Assembly: GCA_030765185.1 (NCBI GenBank)
Contig: JAVCDE010000026.1
Span: forward strand, 108,007-172,006
From: Candidatus Aceula meridiana
GTDB lineage: Bacteria; Omnitrophota; Gorgyraeia; Zapsychrales; Aceulaceae
Length of the DNA: 64,000 nt
Direction: 5' to 3'
The notes under the pieces were generated by a model. It had not been told where the DNA came from. It ran no database searches and was given only the letters and a program-made list of their open reading frames with translations. The position numbers and the translations under genes were made by a program. Within the stretch, counting starts at the first letter, position 1. Every line of letters starts with the position of its first letter. Shown in pieces: positions 20,501 to 29,472 of this stretch.

Positions 20501-20803
20501 AACAATACTTTAATTAAGAAATTGTACGAGGGGAGGCCAAACATCGCTGATGCAATTAAAAACAGCGAGCTAGATCTTATTATTAATACGCCGATTGGCA
20601 AAGACAGCAAATATGATGACAGTTATATTCGTATGATGGCGATTCAGAGAAAAGTTCCTTATGTTACATCTGTGGCTGCTGCTCAGGTAACTATCGATGG
20701 GATCGACGCGATGGTCAAAAGTAAAGTTATCCCAAAATCATTACAAGAGTATCACGAGATTCTTCATAAGCAACAATCTGTTCTTGATGAAGCTGTTAAG
20801 TGA
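17564..20803 (+). CDS. carB: Carbamoyl-phosphate synthase large subunit
   Basis: MPRRTDI..GSGPIIIGQACEFDYSG, duplicated ATP-grasp halves, C-terminal MGS domain. Confidence 0.97.
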   Translation: MPRRTDIRKVLIIGSGPIIIGQACEFDYSGTQACKALKEEGFEVVLVNSNPATIMTDPGMADKTYIEPLTVESITAIIEKERPDALLPNLGGQTGLNLSSALHKAGILKKHGVQIIGVKIDAIERGEDRIAFKNTMNKLGVEMPKSEPCHSVEEAEVIAENLGYPVVLRPAYTMGGTGGGIAYNVEELRTIVARGLAVSIVHQVLVEESVFGWEELELEVVRDEKNQKITVCFIENIDAMGVHTGDSFCTAPMYTVPKELQERLQKISYDIVEAIGVVGGTNVQFAHNLKDDRLVVIEINPRTSRSSALASKATGFPIALISTKLAAGLTMDEIPYWRDGTLEKYTPWGDYVVIKFARWAFEKFPQAKDVLGTQMKAVGEAMSIAKTFKEAFQKSIRSLEIKRFGLGGAKNFKDLPLEDLKQRLSSPSSERVFLMYEALRKGMSVEDLYQLTFIGRKFIEETKELVDFEEEIIKLPFDKLPDEKLAEAKEMGFADRYLADLFKIPEKKVREKRIAKGITARYEAVPVSGVENAAYYYSTYKDIKDQVPVSPNRKIMILGGGPNRIGQGIEFDYTCVHAAFALRDEGLESVMVNCNPETVSTDYDTSNKLYFEPLTVEDVLNIYHKEKPEGVIVQFGGQTPLNIAQELKDNGVPILGTSPESIHFAEDRERFRQKMIDLKIPQPESGTAKSLDQALKIAQRIGYPLMVRPSYVLGGRGMEIIYDEESLRRYAIEAIKVSPEHPMLIDRFLEKAIETEVDAVSDGEEVFVASVMEHIELAGVHSGDSACSIPSRTIKKEHMQTIEEYTKAIAKELKVIGLMNIQFAICDDKVYILEANPRASRTVPIVSKVAGISLARIATQIMLGKKVKDFPELKAKKIPYVGVKEAVFPFNMFPEVDPILGPEMRATGEVMGLADTFGLAFYKAQESAGYKLPLEGNVLLTVAQKDRENLLPIAKNIKSLGFNIIATEGTSKFLNENNINNTLIKKLYEGRPNIADAIKNSELDLIINTPIGKDSKYDDSYIRMMAIQRKVPYVTSVAAAQVTIDGIDAMVKSKVIPKSLQEYHEILHKQQSVLDEAVK

Positions 20804-20895
20804 AGCTCTTCGGCCTAAAGGCCGAGGCTTCCTCCCGATAAGAAAATAAGATTTATTTATTTTTTAGGCCAAAGCCCGGGATTTTTGCAAGGGAT
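20800..20895 (-). mobile_element. Short IS200/IS605-type end remnant (MITE-like)
   Basis: Minus strand GGAAGCCTCGGCCTTTAGGCCGAAGAGCTTCAC hairpin ending in TCAC; partial second end AATCCCGGGCTTTGGCC; no transposase. Confidence 0.5.
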
Positions 20896-20928
20896 TAAAG
20901 TTATTATAAGCAGAAAGAGGAGAGTAAC

Positions 20929-22410
20929 ATGAGTGGAATTTGTGGAGCAGTTTCTAGGCAAAATTGCGCGAAAACATTATTTTATGGCATTGATTATCAT
21001 TCGCATTTAGGAACAGAATACGGTGGTATGGCTATCTGGGGGAAAGAGCTTTTTCGTCGGATTCATCATATTAGCCAAACTCAATTTAAATCTAAGTTCT
21101 TTGATGACTATCGGGATATGAATGGCAATTTAGGCATTGGCGTGATCAGCGACTTGGATGAACAGCCGATCTATTTAAATTCAAAGTTTGGGCCATTTTG
21201 CATCGTGACCGCTGGCCTTGTTGAAAACAAAGAAGATCTTGAAAAATTTCTTTTTGAAAAAGGAATTTCGTTTTCTGAAGTTAGCCCGGCTGGTCTTAAT
21301 ACCACCGAACTTATTGCTAAGTTGATTAGCCTTGGGGACAATTTGATCGATGGCATTGAGAAAATGTTTGATAAAATTGAAGGATCCTGTTCGCTCTTGC
21401 TTTTAACCAAGGATGGAGTTTATGCAGCGCGTGACAGACTCGGATATACTCCACTTGTGATTGGAAAAAAGGAAGGGGAATGGATTGTTGCCTCAGAAAG
21501 CAATGCATTGCCAAATCTCGGCTTTAAGATTGAAAAGTTTTTAGAGCCTGGCGAAATTGCACTTTTAAATAAAGACGGCCTAACCGTTGCTAAACCGGGA
21601 TTAGATAAAAGTCAGATATGTTCATTTTTATGGATATACACTGGATTTCCGGCCTCGATATACGATGGCATTAACGTCGAGACTGTCCGCGAGCGTTGCG
21701 GAAGAGCCATGGCGAAAAAAGATAAGGATATCAACGCAGATGTTGTCTCTGGAGTTCCTGACTCAGGGATAGCTCATGCGATTGGCTATGCCATGGAATC
21801 TGGCGTGCCTTATCGTCGCCCTCTTGTAAAATATACCCCTGGCTATGGCCGAAGCTATACGCCTCCGAGTCAAGAAACAAGAGACCTTGTCGCGACCATG
21901 AAACTTATTCCTGTTAAAGATATTATTAATGGAAACAGCATTGTTGTTTGCGAAGATTCTATTGTCCGCGGAACGCAGCTTAAGAATTTTACGGTTAATA
22001 AACTTTGGGACGCTGGGGCAAAAGAAATTCATGTCAGACCTGCCTGCCCTCCTCTAATGTTTCCTTGCAAATTTTGCCTTTCAACAAAAAGCATCAATGA
22101 GTTGGCAGCTCGTAAAGCTATCAAAGGCTTAGAGGGTAAAGACATCGAAAATATTTCTGAATATCTAGATACAAGCACTGAAAAGTATAAAAAAATGGTT
22201 GAGTGGATTCGAAAAGATTTGGAAGTAACCACTCTTCGTTATCAGGATCTTGAGGATATGGTTGAGGCTATTGGTTTGCCGCGTGAAAAATTGTGTCTTT
22301 ATTGTTGGAATGGTGAGTGCCCTCCAAAAGATCAGGACAAAACTAAAAAAATAAAAAGAGCAACAGGCTTGCTTAGCAAAATAGTAAGTTTATTTAAAAA
22401 AGAGGCTTAA
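20929..22410 (+). CDS. purF: Amidophosphoribosyltransferase, atypical (N-terminal Ser instead of Cys)
   Basis: ARDRLGYTPL, GVPDSG, CEDSIVRGT PRPP loop, ACPP..FPC, CLYCW; N-terminus MSGICG. Confidence 0.85.
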   Translation: MSGICGAVSRQNCAKTLFYGIDYHSHLGTEYGGMAIWGKELFRRIHHISQTQFKSKFFDDYRDMNGNLGIGVISDLDEQPIYLNSKFGPFCIVTAGLVENKEDLEKFLFEKGISFSEVSPAGLNTTELIAKLISLGDNLIDGIEKMFDKIEGSCSLLLLTKDGVYAARDRLGYTPLVIGKKEGEWIVASESNALPNLGFKIEKFLEPGEIALLNKDGLTVAKPGLDKSQICSFLWIYTGFPASIYDGINVETVRERCGRAMAKKDKDINADVVSGVPDSGIAHAIGYAMESGVPYRRPLVKYTPGYGRSYTPPSQETRDLVATMKLIPVKDIINGNSIVVCEDSIVRGTQLKNFTVNKLWDAGAKEIHVRPACPPLMFPCKFCLSTKSINELAARKAIKGLEGKDIENISEYLDTSTEKYKKMVEWIRKDLEVTTLRYQDLEDMVEAIGLPREKLCLYCWNGECPPKDQDKTKKIKRATGLLSKIVSLFKKEA

Positions 22411-22528
22411 ACAGATAAGCCTGCAAGTTGTGTTTCTATGGGTGAGAAGTGCGGCGGTTTTTGATATTAATCTTTTTCTCCTATCAGCATAGCTATTTAG
22501 CAAATTCTGAGATCCTTTTCTATTTTGC

Positions 22529-22557
22529 TTGATTATATTTATGTTTATTTATATAAT
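22529..22557 (+). promoter_or_regulatory. Putative sigma70 promoter of the Rsb-Mla operon
   Basis: TTGATT-17 nt-TATAAT. Confidence 0.55.
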
Positions 22558-22610
22558 GTATTCAAGTTATCATAACTCCTTTTACAGCAGAGACTTTACA
22601 TCGTAATTAA

Positions 22611-23018
22611 ATGAAATTTTCCAAAGAGCTTCCTACGAAATTAGAAATTATTCCGCAAGTGATAGATGAGCTTCTTGGTCAGATTGACGAGTCTTTTTTT
22701 GGAAAAAATGATGCTTTTCATATTAAGCTATGTCTAGAGGAAGCTTTAGTTAACGCCATGAAGCATGGCAACAAGCTTAACCCCGACTTTACCGTTAATT
22801 TAGCTGCTGAAGCAGATTCTGAGGCCCTTTTAATAACAATCGTTAATCAGGGAGATGGATTTGAGCACGAGAGCATCGACGATCCTACCAAAGAGCATAA
22901 CCTTAGAAAGCCTTCCGGCCGAGGAGTCTTTATTATTAAAACTGAGATGGACGAAGTTGAGTTTTTTGACCAAGGCCGAGGACTTAAAATGACAAAATTT
23001 TTTAACAAGGAGAAATAA
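22611..23018 (+). CDS. RsbW/SpoIIAB-like anti-sigma factor Ser kinase
   Basis: EALVNAMKHGN N-box, NQGDGF G1-like box, SGRGVFII. Confidence 0.88.
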   Translation: MKFSKELPTKLEIIPQVIDELLGQIDESFFGKNDAFHIKLCLEEALVNAMKHGNKLNPDFTVNLAAEADSEALLITIVNQGDGFEHESIDDPTKEHNLRKPSGRGVFIIKTEMDEVEFFDQGRGLKMTKFFNKEK

Positions 23019-23023
23019 GCGAA

Positions 23024-23356
23024 GTGAATATCAAACAAGAGCAAATTAATGATGTCGTTGTTTGTGTTATGGATGGGGAAATCAATATCAGCAATTCACC
23101 TGAGTTGCGTAAATTCTTTGATGATGTGCTAAAGACGAATACAAAAAAGGTTATTTTTGATTTCTCCTTTGTTCCTTATATTGACAGCTCTGGCTTAGCA
23201 ACTTTAATCGAGATGTTCCAGCGTCTAAAGAAGGTGGGGGGTGCTTTGCGTCTCTGCAGTATGAGCGAAAAGATCAAGAATATTTTTGAGCTTACTAAGC
23301 TTACTAAGCTTTTTGATATATCAGAAACTCGCGAAAATGCTTTAAAGGATTTCTAA
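23024..23356 (+). CDS. STAS-domain protein (RsbV/SpoIIAA-like anti-anti-sigma)
   Basis: GEINI..SPELR, YIDSSGLATL phospho-Ser motif. Confidence 0.9.
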   Translation: MNIKQEQINDVVVCVMDGEINISNSPELRKFFDDVLKTNTKKVIFDFSFVPYIDSSGLATLIEMFQRLKKVGGALRLCSMSEKIKNIFELTKLTKLFDISETRENALKDF

Positions 23357-24139
23357 ATGATTACGTATATTGGAAAATTTATTATTGAATATGCCGGATG
23401 GGCCAAGGGTCTCTTAAAATTATTTGGTGAAATTCTTTATTGGATTTTTATTGGACCTTTTAAAGGAAAAACAGCGCAAAGGCTCAATGTTTTTCAGCAG
23501 ATGATGTTTGTTGGTTTGGCCTCGGTTGTTATTGTGGTTTTTGTAGATTTCTTTACGGGCGTTGTCTTGGCTATGCAAAGTGCGTATGTTTTAGAGAAGA
23601 TGGGTGCAGAGCTTTATGTGGCCTCTTTGGTTTCTGTCTCGCTTTGTAGGGAGCTTGGTCCTGTTTTAACAGGACTTGTCATTGCCGGCCGTGTTGGATC
23701 AGCGATTGCCGCTGAGCTTGGGACTATGAAGGTAACCGAGCAAATTGAAGCGCTTGAAACTATGGCGATTAATCCGGTACGTTTTTTGGCGACACCGCGG
23801 TTTTTAGCACTTTTGGTAATGTTGCCTGCACTGACCATTTTAGGAGATTTGGCTGGTATTTTCGGAGGCTTCTTAATAGGAACAAAAAGTCTTGGCATTA
23901 ATCCTGATCTTTATATTCAAATTTCTTTTAAATATTTGGAACTTAAAGATATCTTTACTGGTCTTTTAAAGGCTGGTGTATTTGGAATTATTATTGCCTT
24001 AGTAGCGTGTTATGAAGGTCTAAATACTCGAGGTGGTGCTGAGGGTGTTGGACGCGCGACAACACGAAGTGTCGTTTTAAGCTTTATTTTAATTATTGCA
24101 GCTGATTGTGTTGTTACAGCGTTCTTTTTCTTTTTTTAG
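23357..24139 (+). CDS. mlaE: MlaE/YrbE ABC permease
   Basis: RELGPVLTGLVIAGRVGSAIAAELGTMKVTEQIEALE, GGAEGVGRATT. Confidence 0.93.
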   Translation: MITYIGKFIIEYAGWAKGLLKLFGEILYWIFIGPFKGKTAQRLNVFQQMMFVGLASVVIVVFVDFFTGVVLAMQSAYVLEKMGAELYVASLVSVSLCRELGPVLTGLVIAGRVGSAIAAELGTMKVTEQIEALETMAINPVRFLATPRFLALLVMLPALTILGDLAGIFGGFLIGTKSLGINPDLYIQISFKYLELKDIFTGLLKAGVFGIIIALVACYEGLNTRGGAEGVGRATTRSVVLSFILIIAADCVVTAFFFFF

Positions 24140-24203
24140 TGAGCTAAAGACGAGCTTACCCTGCGCCTAAATGACGCAGGATTAAATTTTTGCAAGGAGT
24201 TTT

Positions 24204-24992
24204 ATGAGCGTTAAAGAATGTAACGGTGAAGTGATAATATCACTAAGAAATGTTACAAAAAGTTTTCAAGGACGCAGGGTTATTAATGATGCATCTTTAG
24301 ATGTTAAATGCGGAGAAACTTTTATCATTATGGGTTGCTCGGGTTCTGGGAAAAGTACGCTTTTACGTCATATGACAGGTGCTATCCGCCCGGAAAAGGG
24401 GAGCATTTTTATTAAGGGCAAGGACATCGCCAACATTCCACTTAAAGATTTAGATGAAGTTAAAAAAACTTTTGGTATGTCTTTTCAATATTCTGCACTT
24501 TTAGATTCTCTGACCGTTGAAGAAAATGTTGCTCTTCCTCTTCGTGAGCACACTAAGCTTGCCGATGAAATTATTGATATCATTATTAAGATGAAGCTAT
24601 CTTTGGTGGGTTTACGTGGCTTCGAAGAGTATTATCCATCACAGATTTCCGGCGGGATGCGAAAACGTGTTGGCCTAGCCCGCGCGATTGCATTAGACCC
24701 GGATATTGTTTTTTATGACGAGCCCACATCAGGGCTAGATCCGGTTGTCGGTGGTATTACGGATAAACTTATTAAAGATTTAAGTTCAAAATTGATGATC
24801 ACTTCGGTTGTTGTCTCGCATGATATGCATAGTGTTTTTAAGATTGCTGACAGGATTGCCATGATTCACAAAGGGGCTATTGTTGAAATTGGTACGCCGG
24901 ATGAGATTAAGAATTCACAAAATCTTTTAGTTCAACAGTTTATTAATGGGAACCCCGAAGGACCAATAGATCTTTTTAAAGAACCGGAATAA
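24204..24992 (+). CDS. mlaF: MlaF/Mkl ABC ATPase
   Basis: GCSGSGKS, ISGGMRKRVGLARAIALDP, YDEPTSGLDP, VVSHD. Confidence 0.93.
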   Translation: MSVKECNGEVIISLRNVTKSFQGRRVINDASLDVKCGETFIIMGCSGSGKSTLLRHMTGAIRPEKGSIFIKGKDIANIPLKDLDEVKKTFGMSFQYSALLDSLTVEENVALPLREHTKLADEIIDIIIKMKLSLVGLRGFEEYYPSQISGGMRKRVGLARAIALDPDIVFYDEPTSGLDPVVGGITDKLIKDLSSKLMITSVVVSHDMHSVFKIADRIAMIHKGAIVEIGTPDEIKNSQNLLVQQFINGNPEGPIDLFKEPE

Positions 24993-25032
24993 AAATTTTA
25001 CAAGAAGATAAAAAATAAGAGAGGATGTTTCT

Positions 25033-25695
25033 ATGAAGAGAAAGAATATAGCCAATGAATTTAAGGTGGGCTTGTTTGTCGTAATATGCCTTTTAGCGTT
25101 ATTTTATATGGCCTATCGTACAGGCAAGCTGGACTTGCGTGCAAAAGGCTATTACGTTTATGTCATTTTTGATGAGGCGGCTGGCCTTGGAAACAAGGCA
25201 CCGGTTATGCTTAATGGACTTGAAATTGGGAAGGTTGTCGAGATCAAGCCGACATATGAAGGGGGCCTAACTAAAATAAAACTTAAAGTTTGGCTTGAAG
25301 ATGAGGCTAGAATTCGCGAAGGCTCTACCCTTTCTATTAAAATGATGGGTATGATGGGAGAAAAATATATCCAGATTTCTTCTTCAGATAATAAAAATTT
25401 TGTTGTTCCCGAGACTGTGGTCAAGGGAGATACTTATGTTGATTTAGACGTCCTTTTGCGTAATATCAATTCTTTAGTTGAAGAAAATAAGAATAGTGTT
25501 TTTGAAGCCCTTAATAGCTTAAATATGCTTTTGGGTAATTTGAATGAAACAGTCGGCGAGAACAGGGAAAGTTTAACGCGCATTATTCAGAATTTCGAGA
25601 CGACATCACAAAATTTCGAAGAATATAGCGATGACCTAAAACGAAATCCTTGGAAACTTTTATTTAAAACAAAAGAAAACCCCTGTGTAAAATAA
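25033..25695 (+). CDS. mlaD: MlaD/MCE-domain protein
   Basis: EFKVGLFV TM, AGLG..APVMLNGLEIGKV, GMMGEKYIQI, coiled-coil ending NPWKLL. Confidence 0.9.
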   Translation: MKRKNIANEFKVGLFVVICLLALFYMAYRTGKLDLRAKGYYVYVIFDEAAGLGNKAPVMLNGLEIGKVVEIKPTYEGGLTKIKLKVWLEDEARIREGSTLSIKMMGMMGEKYIQISSSDNKNFVVPETVVKGDTYVDLDVLLRNINSLVEENKNSVFEALNSLNMLLGNLNETVGENRESLTRIIQNFETTSQNFEEYSDDLKRNPWKLLFKTKENPCVK

Positions 25696-25708
25696 AAAGG
25701 AGAGCCAG

Positions 25709-26467
25709 ATGAAAAAAATTATTTTCTTCTTAAGTTTGTGTTGTTTTGTTTTGTGCGCATCTTTGAGCTTCGCGCAAACAGCAAAGATTATTGATATTTC
25801 GGGAAGAGTTTTTGTTAAAGAGAGCTTAGATGGCGAATGGACAGAAGCTAGTATCGGTGTTTTTTTAAGCAAAGATGCAGCTCTTAAAACCAAGAGAAGC
25901 TCGAGCTGTACATTGGCTTTTGACAAGGAAATGAAAAACATTTTTACGATTGGGGAAAATTCTCAAATCGTTATCGAAGATGTTAATGGTGGTGTTTTTC
26001 TAAAACGCGGACGTGTTTTTTCTTTAGTTGATAACGCTTCTGCTGGACAAAAGTTCGAAGTTCGCACTCCCGTTGCCATTGCCGGTGCCAGAGGAACAGG
26101 ATGGGTTACTTATCATAAGGGCATGAAGACTAAGGTTCTTGTTTTTGAAAGGACAGTTTCTGTTGAAGGTGAAGATGGTAAAAAGAAAGATATCAAGATG
26201 GGTTTCGGAATTATTATTAATCCAGACGGGTCTTTAGGAGAAGAATTTCCTCTAGATGAAAAAGACTGGGCTGATTGGAAAGAATTTAAAAGCGGAGAAC
26301 AAGATCCCCGCAGCGGTTTTGGGCCTTGGGATGGCAGCAGCGGTGGATTTGAAGGCGACAGCAAAGAAGACTTCCGTGATTTTATTCGTCAGAAGGAAAG
26401 GGAAAGTCAAGAGAGTAGCACTCCAGACAGCCCTCCAGACCCAAATATTTACGAAAGCTTAGAGTAA
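25709..26467 (+). CDS. Exported FecR-domain protein
   Basis: Signal peptide (SFA), IGENS, FEVRTPVAIAGARGT, acidic disordered tail. Confidence 0.85.
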   Translation: MKKIIFFLSLCCFVLCASLSFAQTAKIIDISGRVFVKESLDGEWTEASIGVFLSKDAALKTKRSSSCTLAFDKEMKNIFTIGENSQIVIEDVNGGVFLKRGRVFSLVDNASAGQKFEVRTPVAIAGARGTGWVTYHKGMKTKVLVFERTVSVEGEDGKKKDIKMGFGIIINPDGSLGEEFPLDEKDWADWKEFKSGEQDPRSGFGPWDGSSGGFEGDSKEDFRDFIRQKERESQESSTPDSPPDPNIYESLE

Positions 26468-26506
26468 TAGAAATTTATTAATAAAATTTTAAAAAAGGAT
26501 AAAACG

Positions 26507-27523
26507 ATGAAAAAGAATCTTTTAGCGATCGTCACCATTTCCTTTCTTATTGTAGGGTTGATGATTACAGGTGTTTTAGCTCAGATAAGCGATGATAAAC
26601 AAGATGAGGTTTCCCAGATTGAAGGGTTAATGGAAGAAGACTTTTGGGCAGATCCTTCTTACGACATTAAGCACTCTGCAGCTTTTTCTGTCGGATATGA
26701 TGATAATGTTAATTTGACGAAGAAAAAGAAATCCGATGTTTTTGAGAATTTCATTTATTCGCTGGATTATACTTTTGCAATAAACGATAAGCTAGATTTT
26801 ACACTTGATTATGATTTGGATTATATGAATTATGGGCAGTTTACGGATAATAATAATTTGATGAATCATATAAATATTGGCCTTGTAAAAGAAATTTCTC
26901 GCGTTGACTTAGGAGCTTCTTACGATTTTAGTTATTATCATTATCCCCATAACAAAGATGGGGATTTTTATTTTCACAAGGGGAAATTTTATATTCGGGA
27001 TTATTTTGCCGAGGGCCTCTATCATCAGCTTTCGATTATCCCGGGCTTAAAACGTCACGTTAACCGAAAGGCCTTAGCCAACAGTATTACAACTTTTCAA
27101 GATACCGAGAGAAGCGATGATCGTCAAACTTACGAGTACACGATTGGGGCGGTTGTTAATCCAAAGATTTTCTTAAAATTTACCGGAAGCCTTATCGTAA
27201 ACGAATCGAATGCTGAGTATGAAAATTTTTATGATTATAAGGCCTATCAATTGGCGCCAAGCATTTACTATAAGCTTTCCAAAAGACTTCAGCTTTTCTT
27301 TAATTATATGTATCGTTACAAGATGTTTAGAAATCGTACTGTAACCTATGATAATTACAAGCAAAGAGATAGGCTTTATGCGGCGAGTTTTGGGCTTAAT
27401 TTTCATTTAACGAAAAATAGCTCTTTATCCGCTTCTTATGCTTTTCGCAATAATTCCTCCAATGATGATGAAGAGTCTTACAATGGAAATGTTATCAACG
27501 TTGGATACCGGGTTCGGTTTTAG
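26507..27523 (+). CDS. Outer-membrane beta-barrel protein
   Basis: Signal peptide, GYDDNV motif, Tyr-rich amphipathic strands, C-terminal YRVRF. Confidence 0.8.
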   Translation: MKKNLLAIVTISFLIVGLMITGVLAQISDDKQDEVSQIEGLMEEDFWADPSYDIKHSAAFSVGYDDNVNLTKKKKSDVFENFIYSLDYTFAINDKLDFTLDYDLDYMNYGQFTDNNNLMNHINIGLVKEISRVDLGASYDFSYYHYPHNKDGDFYFHKGKFYIRDYFAEGLYHQLSIIPGLKRHVNRKALANSITTFQDTERSDDRQTYEYTIGAVVNPKIFLKFTGSLIVNESNAEYENFYDYKAYQLAPSIYYKLSKRLQLFFNYMYRYKMFRNRTVTYDNYKQRDRLYAASFGLNFHLTKNSSLSASYAFRNNSSNDDEESYNGNVINVGYRVRF

Positions 27524-27536
27524 TTAATTGATATTA

Positions 27537-29459
27537 ATGAAATTTTTAAAGAATATCCCCATGCGCTTCTGGGTTCTTTGTTTTGCCTGTTGCGCTATTC
27601 TTGCTATTCTCTTCCTAGGTTTATTAAAAAGCTATGAACATATCTTTTATGATTTGCGTTTTAGCCTACGCCCACCTTTAGCAGTTAGCGAACAGGCTGT
27701 TATCATTGAAATTTCTGACGACACTCTAAAGAATCTAAACAGTTGGCCGATTCCTCGAGATTTTCATGCAAGCTTAGTTGATGTCCTTAAAGAGAAGGGC
27801 GTAAAAAAGGTTGTCTTTGATATTATTTTTGAAGAGTCAACTTTTGAAGATGATATTTTTGCGCAGGCAATCGCTGACGCGGGGAATGTGTACCTGCCAT
27901 TAGTTTTTACCTTAGATGAAAAGAGCATAAAAGGCGTGTTAACATCAAGCCCGTCGATTTTGGCCAGCATAAATAGGAAATTCTCAGAAGTTGTTCAGGG
28001 TGCAGGACACATCAACGCTTTTGTTGATGAAGACGGAAAAGTAAGACGAGCACCTCTTTTTATTAAATATCAGAATAATTTTTATCCTCAAATCAGCCTC
28101 TTAGCTGCCTGCGATACCTTAGGCCTCGACATTAGAAATGTTCAATTTTTACCAGGCAAAGTTATTATTGATAATAAGCTTGTTTTGCCAGCATGCTGTA
28201 GTGGAGGCTTGGCAATTAATTACCCAGGTAAGTGGGGAGAAGCTTTTAAGCATTTTTCATATTTTGAAATTTTAAAGTCATATGCTCAGGAGCAAAGAGG
28301 CGAGAAACCTTTGCTTGATTTATCGGCTCTTCAAGATAAAGTTTGTTTCGTTGGGCTTACTGCTGCCGGGACATCCGATTTTAGTCCGACGCCAGTTAGC
28401 AAGATTTATCCGATGTTAGGGTCGCAGGCTAGTATTTTTAGCAGTATTATAACCAACCAGATGATTGTTGATGTTGGGCTTGTAGGTAATGCGTTAATAG
28501 GACTAATGGTTTTCTTTTTAAGTCTTTGGATATCTTTAAGGCTTTCAGCTCTACGCGCCCTTTTAGGAATTTTAGGATTAGCGGCAGCAGTTTTTTTAAT
28601 CTCAACAGCGCTTTTTATCTTTTTTGGAATTTGGACAGGATTGTTTTTGCCACTTTTGATTATCGTTGTGACATATGTCGCGTGTGTTTCTTATCGGTTT
28701 TTTAGCGAGATTCGCAAGCGTGAACTTTTAGAAAAAGAACTTGAGATTGCCCGCACTATTCAGCAAAACTTTTTGCCTGACGAGATGCCCACGCTTGACA
28801 ATTGGGAGGTGGCCGCGTTTATGCAAGCGGCAAAGTTTGTTGCAGGCGATCTTTATGATGTTCTCCCTTTAGATGAAAAACATTTAGGCGTTTTAATCGG
28901 CGATGTTTCAGGCAAGGGGGCTCCAGCCGCTTTGATTATGGCAAAGACTATATCGCTGTTTCGTTTGTTCGCCAGGGAGGGGGCAAGCTGCGCGCAAGTG
29001 CTAGAGAAGCTTACGGCAGAGCTTTGCGGAAAATTTTCAGGGCGGTTTGTCACAAGCATTTATTTAAGAATTAATAAAGAGGGAAACGATGTCATTGCTG
29101 CCTCAGCCGGACACGAACCCCTTTTAGTTTATCGTCTGCAAAATGAAGGGAAGAAGATCGAAGAGATTGATTTACGCTCCGGCCTTCCTTTAGGTGTTCT
29201 CGAAGAGGGTAATTATGAAGAAGTCTCAGCTACGCTTAATAAAGGTGATAAGCTAATTTTTTTCTCAGATGGCTTATCAGAGGCGCGGAATAAAAAGGGT
29301 CAAGATATTGATTTTAAAGAAATCGAGAATGCTATTTTAGAAACATCCGAGCAAAGTGCCAAGCAAACCCTTGAAGCCTTAAAGAAAGCTGTTTTTCGAT
29401 TTTCTAAGGGTGCTGTTCAGCACGACGACATTACAATTATTGTTATTGCCAAAAAATAG
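27537..29459 (+). CDS. CHASE2 sensor fused to SpoIIE/RsbU-type PP2C phosphatase
   Basis: WPIPRDFHA, FDIIF, DEDGKVRR (CHASE2); three TMs; ELEIARTIQ, AGDLYD, GDVSGKG, SDGLSE, DDIT. Confidence 0.92.
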   Translation: MKFLKNIPMRFWVLCFACCAILAILFLGLLKSYEHIFYDLRFSLRPPLAVSEQAVIIEISDDTLKNLNSWPIPRDFHASLVDVLKEKGVKKVVFDIIFEESTFEDDIFAQAIADAGNVYLPLVFTLDEKSIKGVLTSSPSILASINRKFSEVVQGAGHINAFVDEDGKVRRAPLFIKYQNNFYPQISLLAACDTLGLDIRNVQFLPGKVIIDNKLVLPACCSGGLAINYPGKWGEAFKHFSYFEILKSYAQEQRGEKPLLDLSALQDKVCFVGLTAAGTSDFSPTPVSKIYPMLGSQASIFSSIITNQMIVDVGLVGNALIGLMVFFLSLWISLRLSALRALLGILGLAAAVFLISTALFIFFGIWTGLFLPLLIIVVTYVACVSYRFFSEIRKRELLEKELEIARTIQQNFLPDEMPTLDNWEVAAFMQAAKFVAGDLYDVLPLDEKHLGVLIGDVSGKGAPAALIMAKTISLFRLFAREGASCAQVLEKLTAELCGKFSGRFVTSIYLRINKEGNDVIAASAGHEPLLVYRLQNEGKKIEEIDLRSGLPLGVLEEGNYEEVSATLNKGDKLIFFSDGLSEARNKKGQDIDFKEIENAILETSEQSAKQTLEALKKAVFRFSKGAVQHDDITIIVIAKK

Positions 29460-29472
29460 GGAGTAATTTCTT

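Noticed and set aside
23289-23312. 9-bp tandem repeat AGCTTACTA in the STAS gene as a contingency locus
   Set aside because: Only about 2.5 in-frame units encoding LTKLTKL, which fits the normal STAS helix.
24139-24180. Small palindromes between mlaE and mlaF sharing TAAATGACG with the 30255 hairpin
   Set aside because: Too short and too few copies to define a repeat family from this window.
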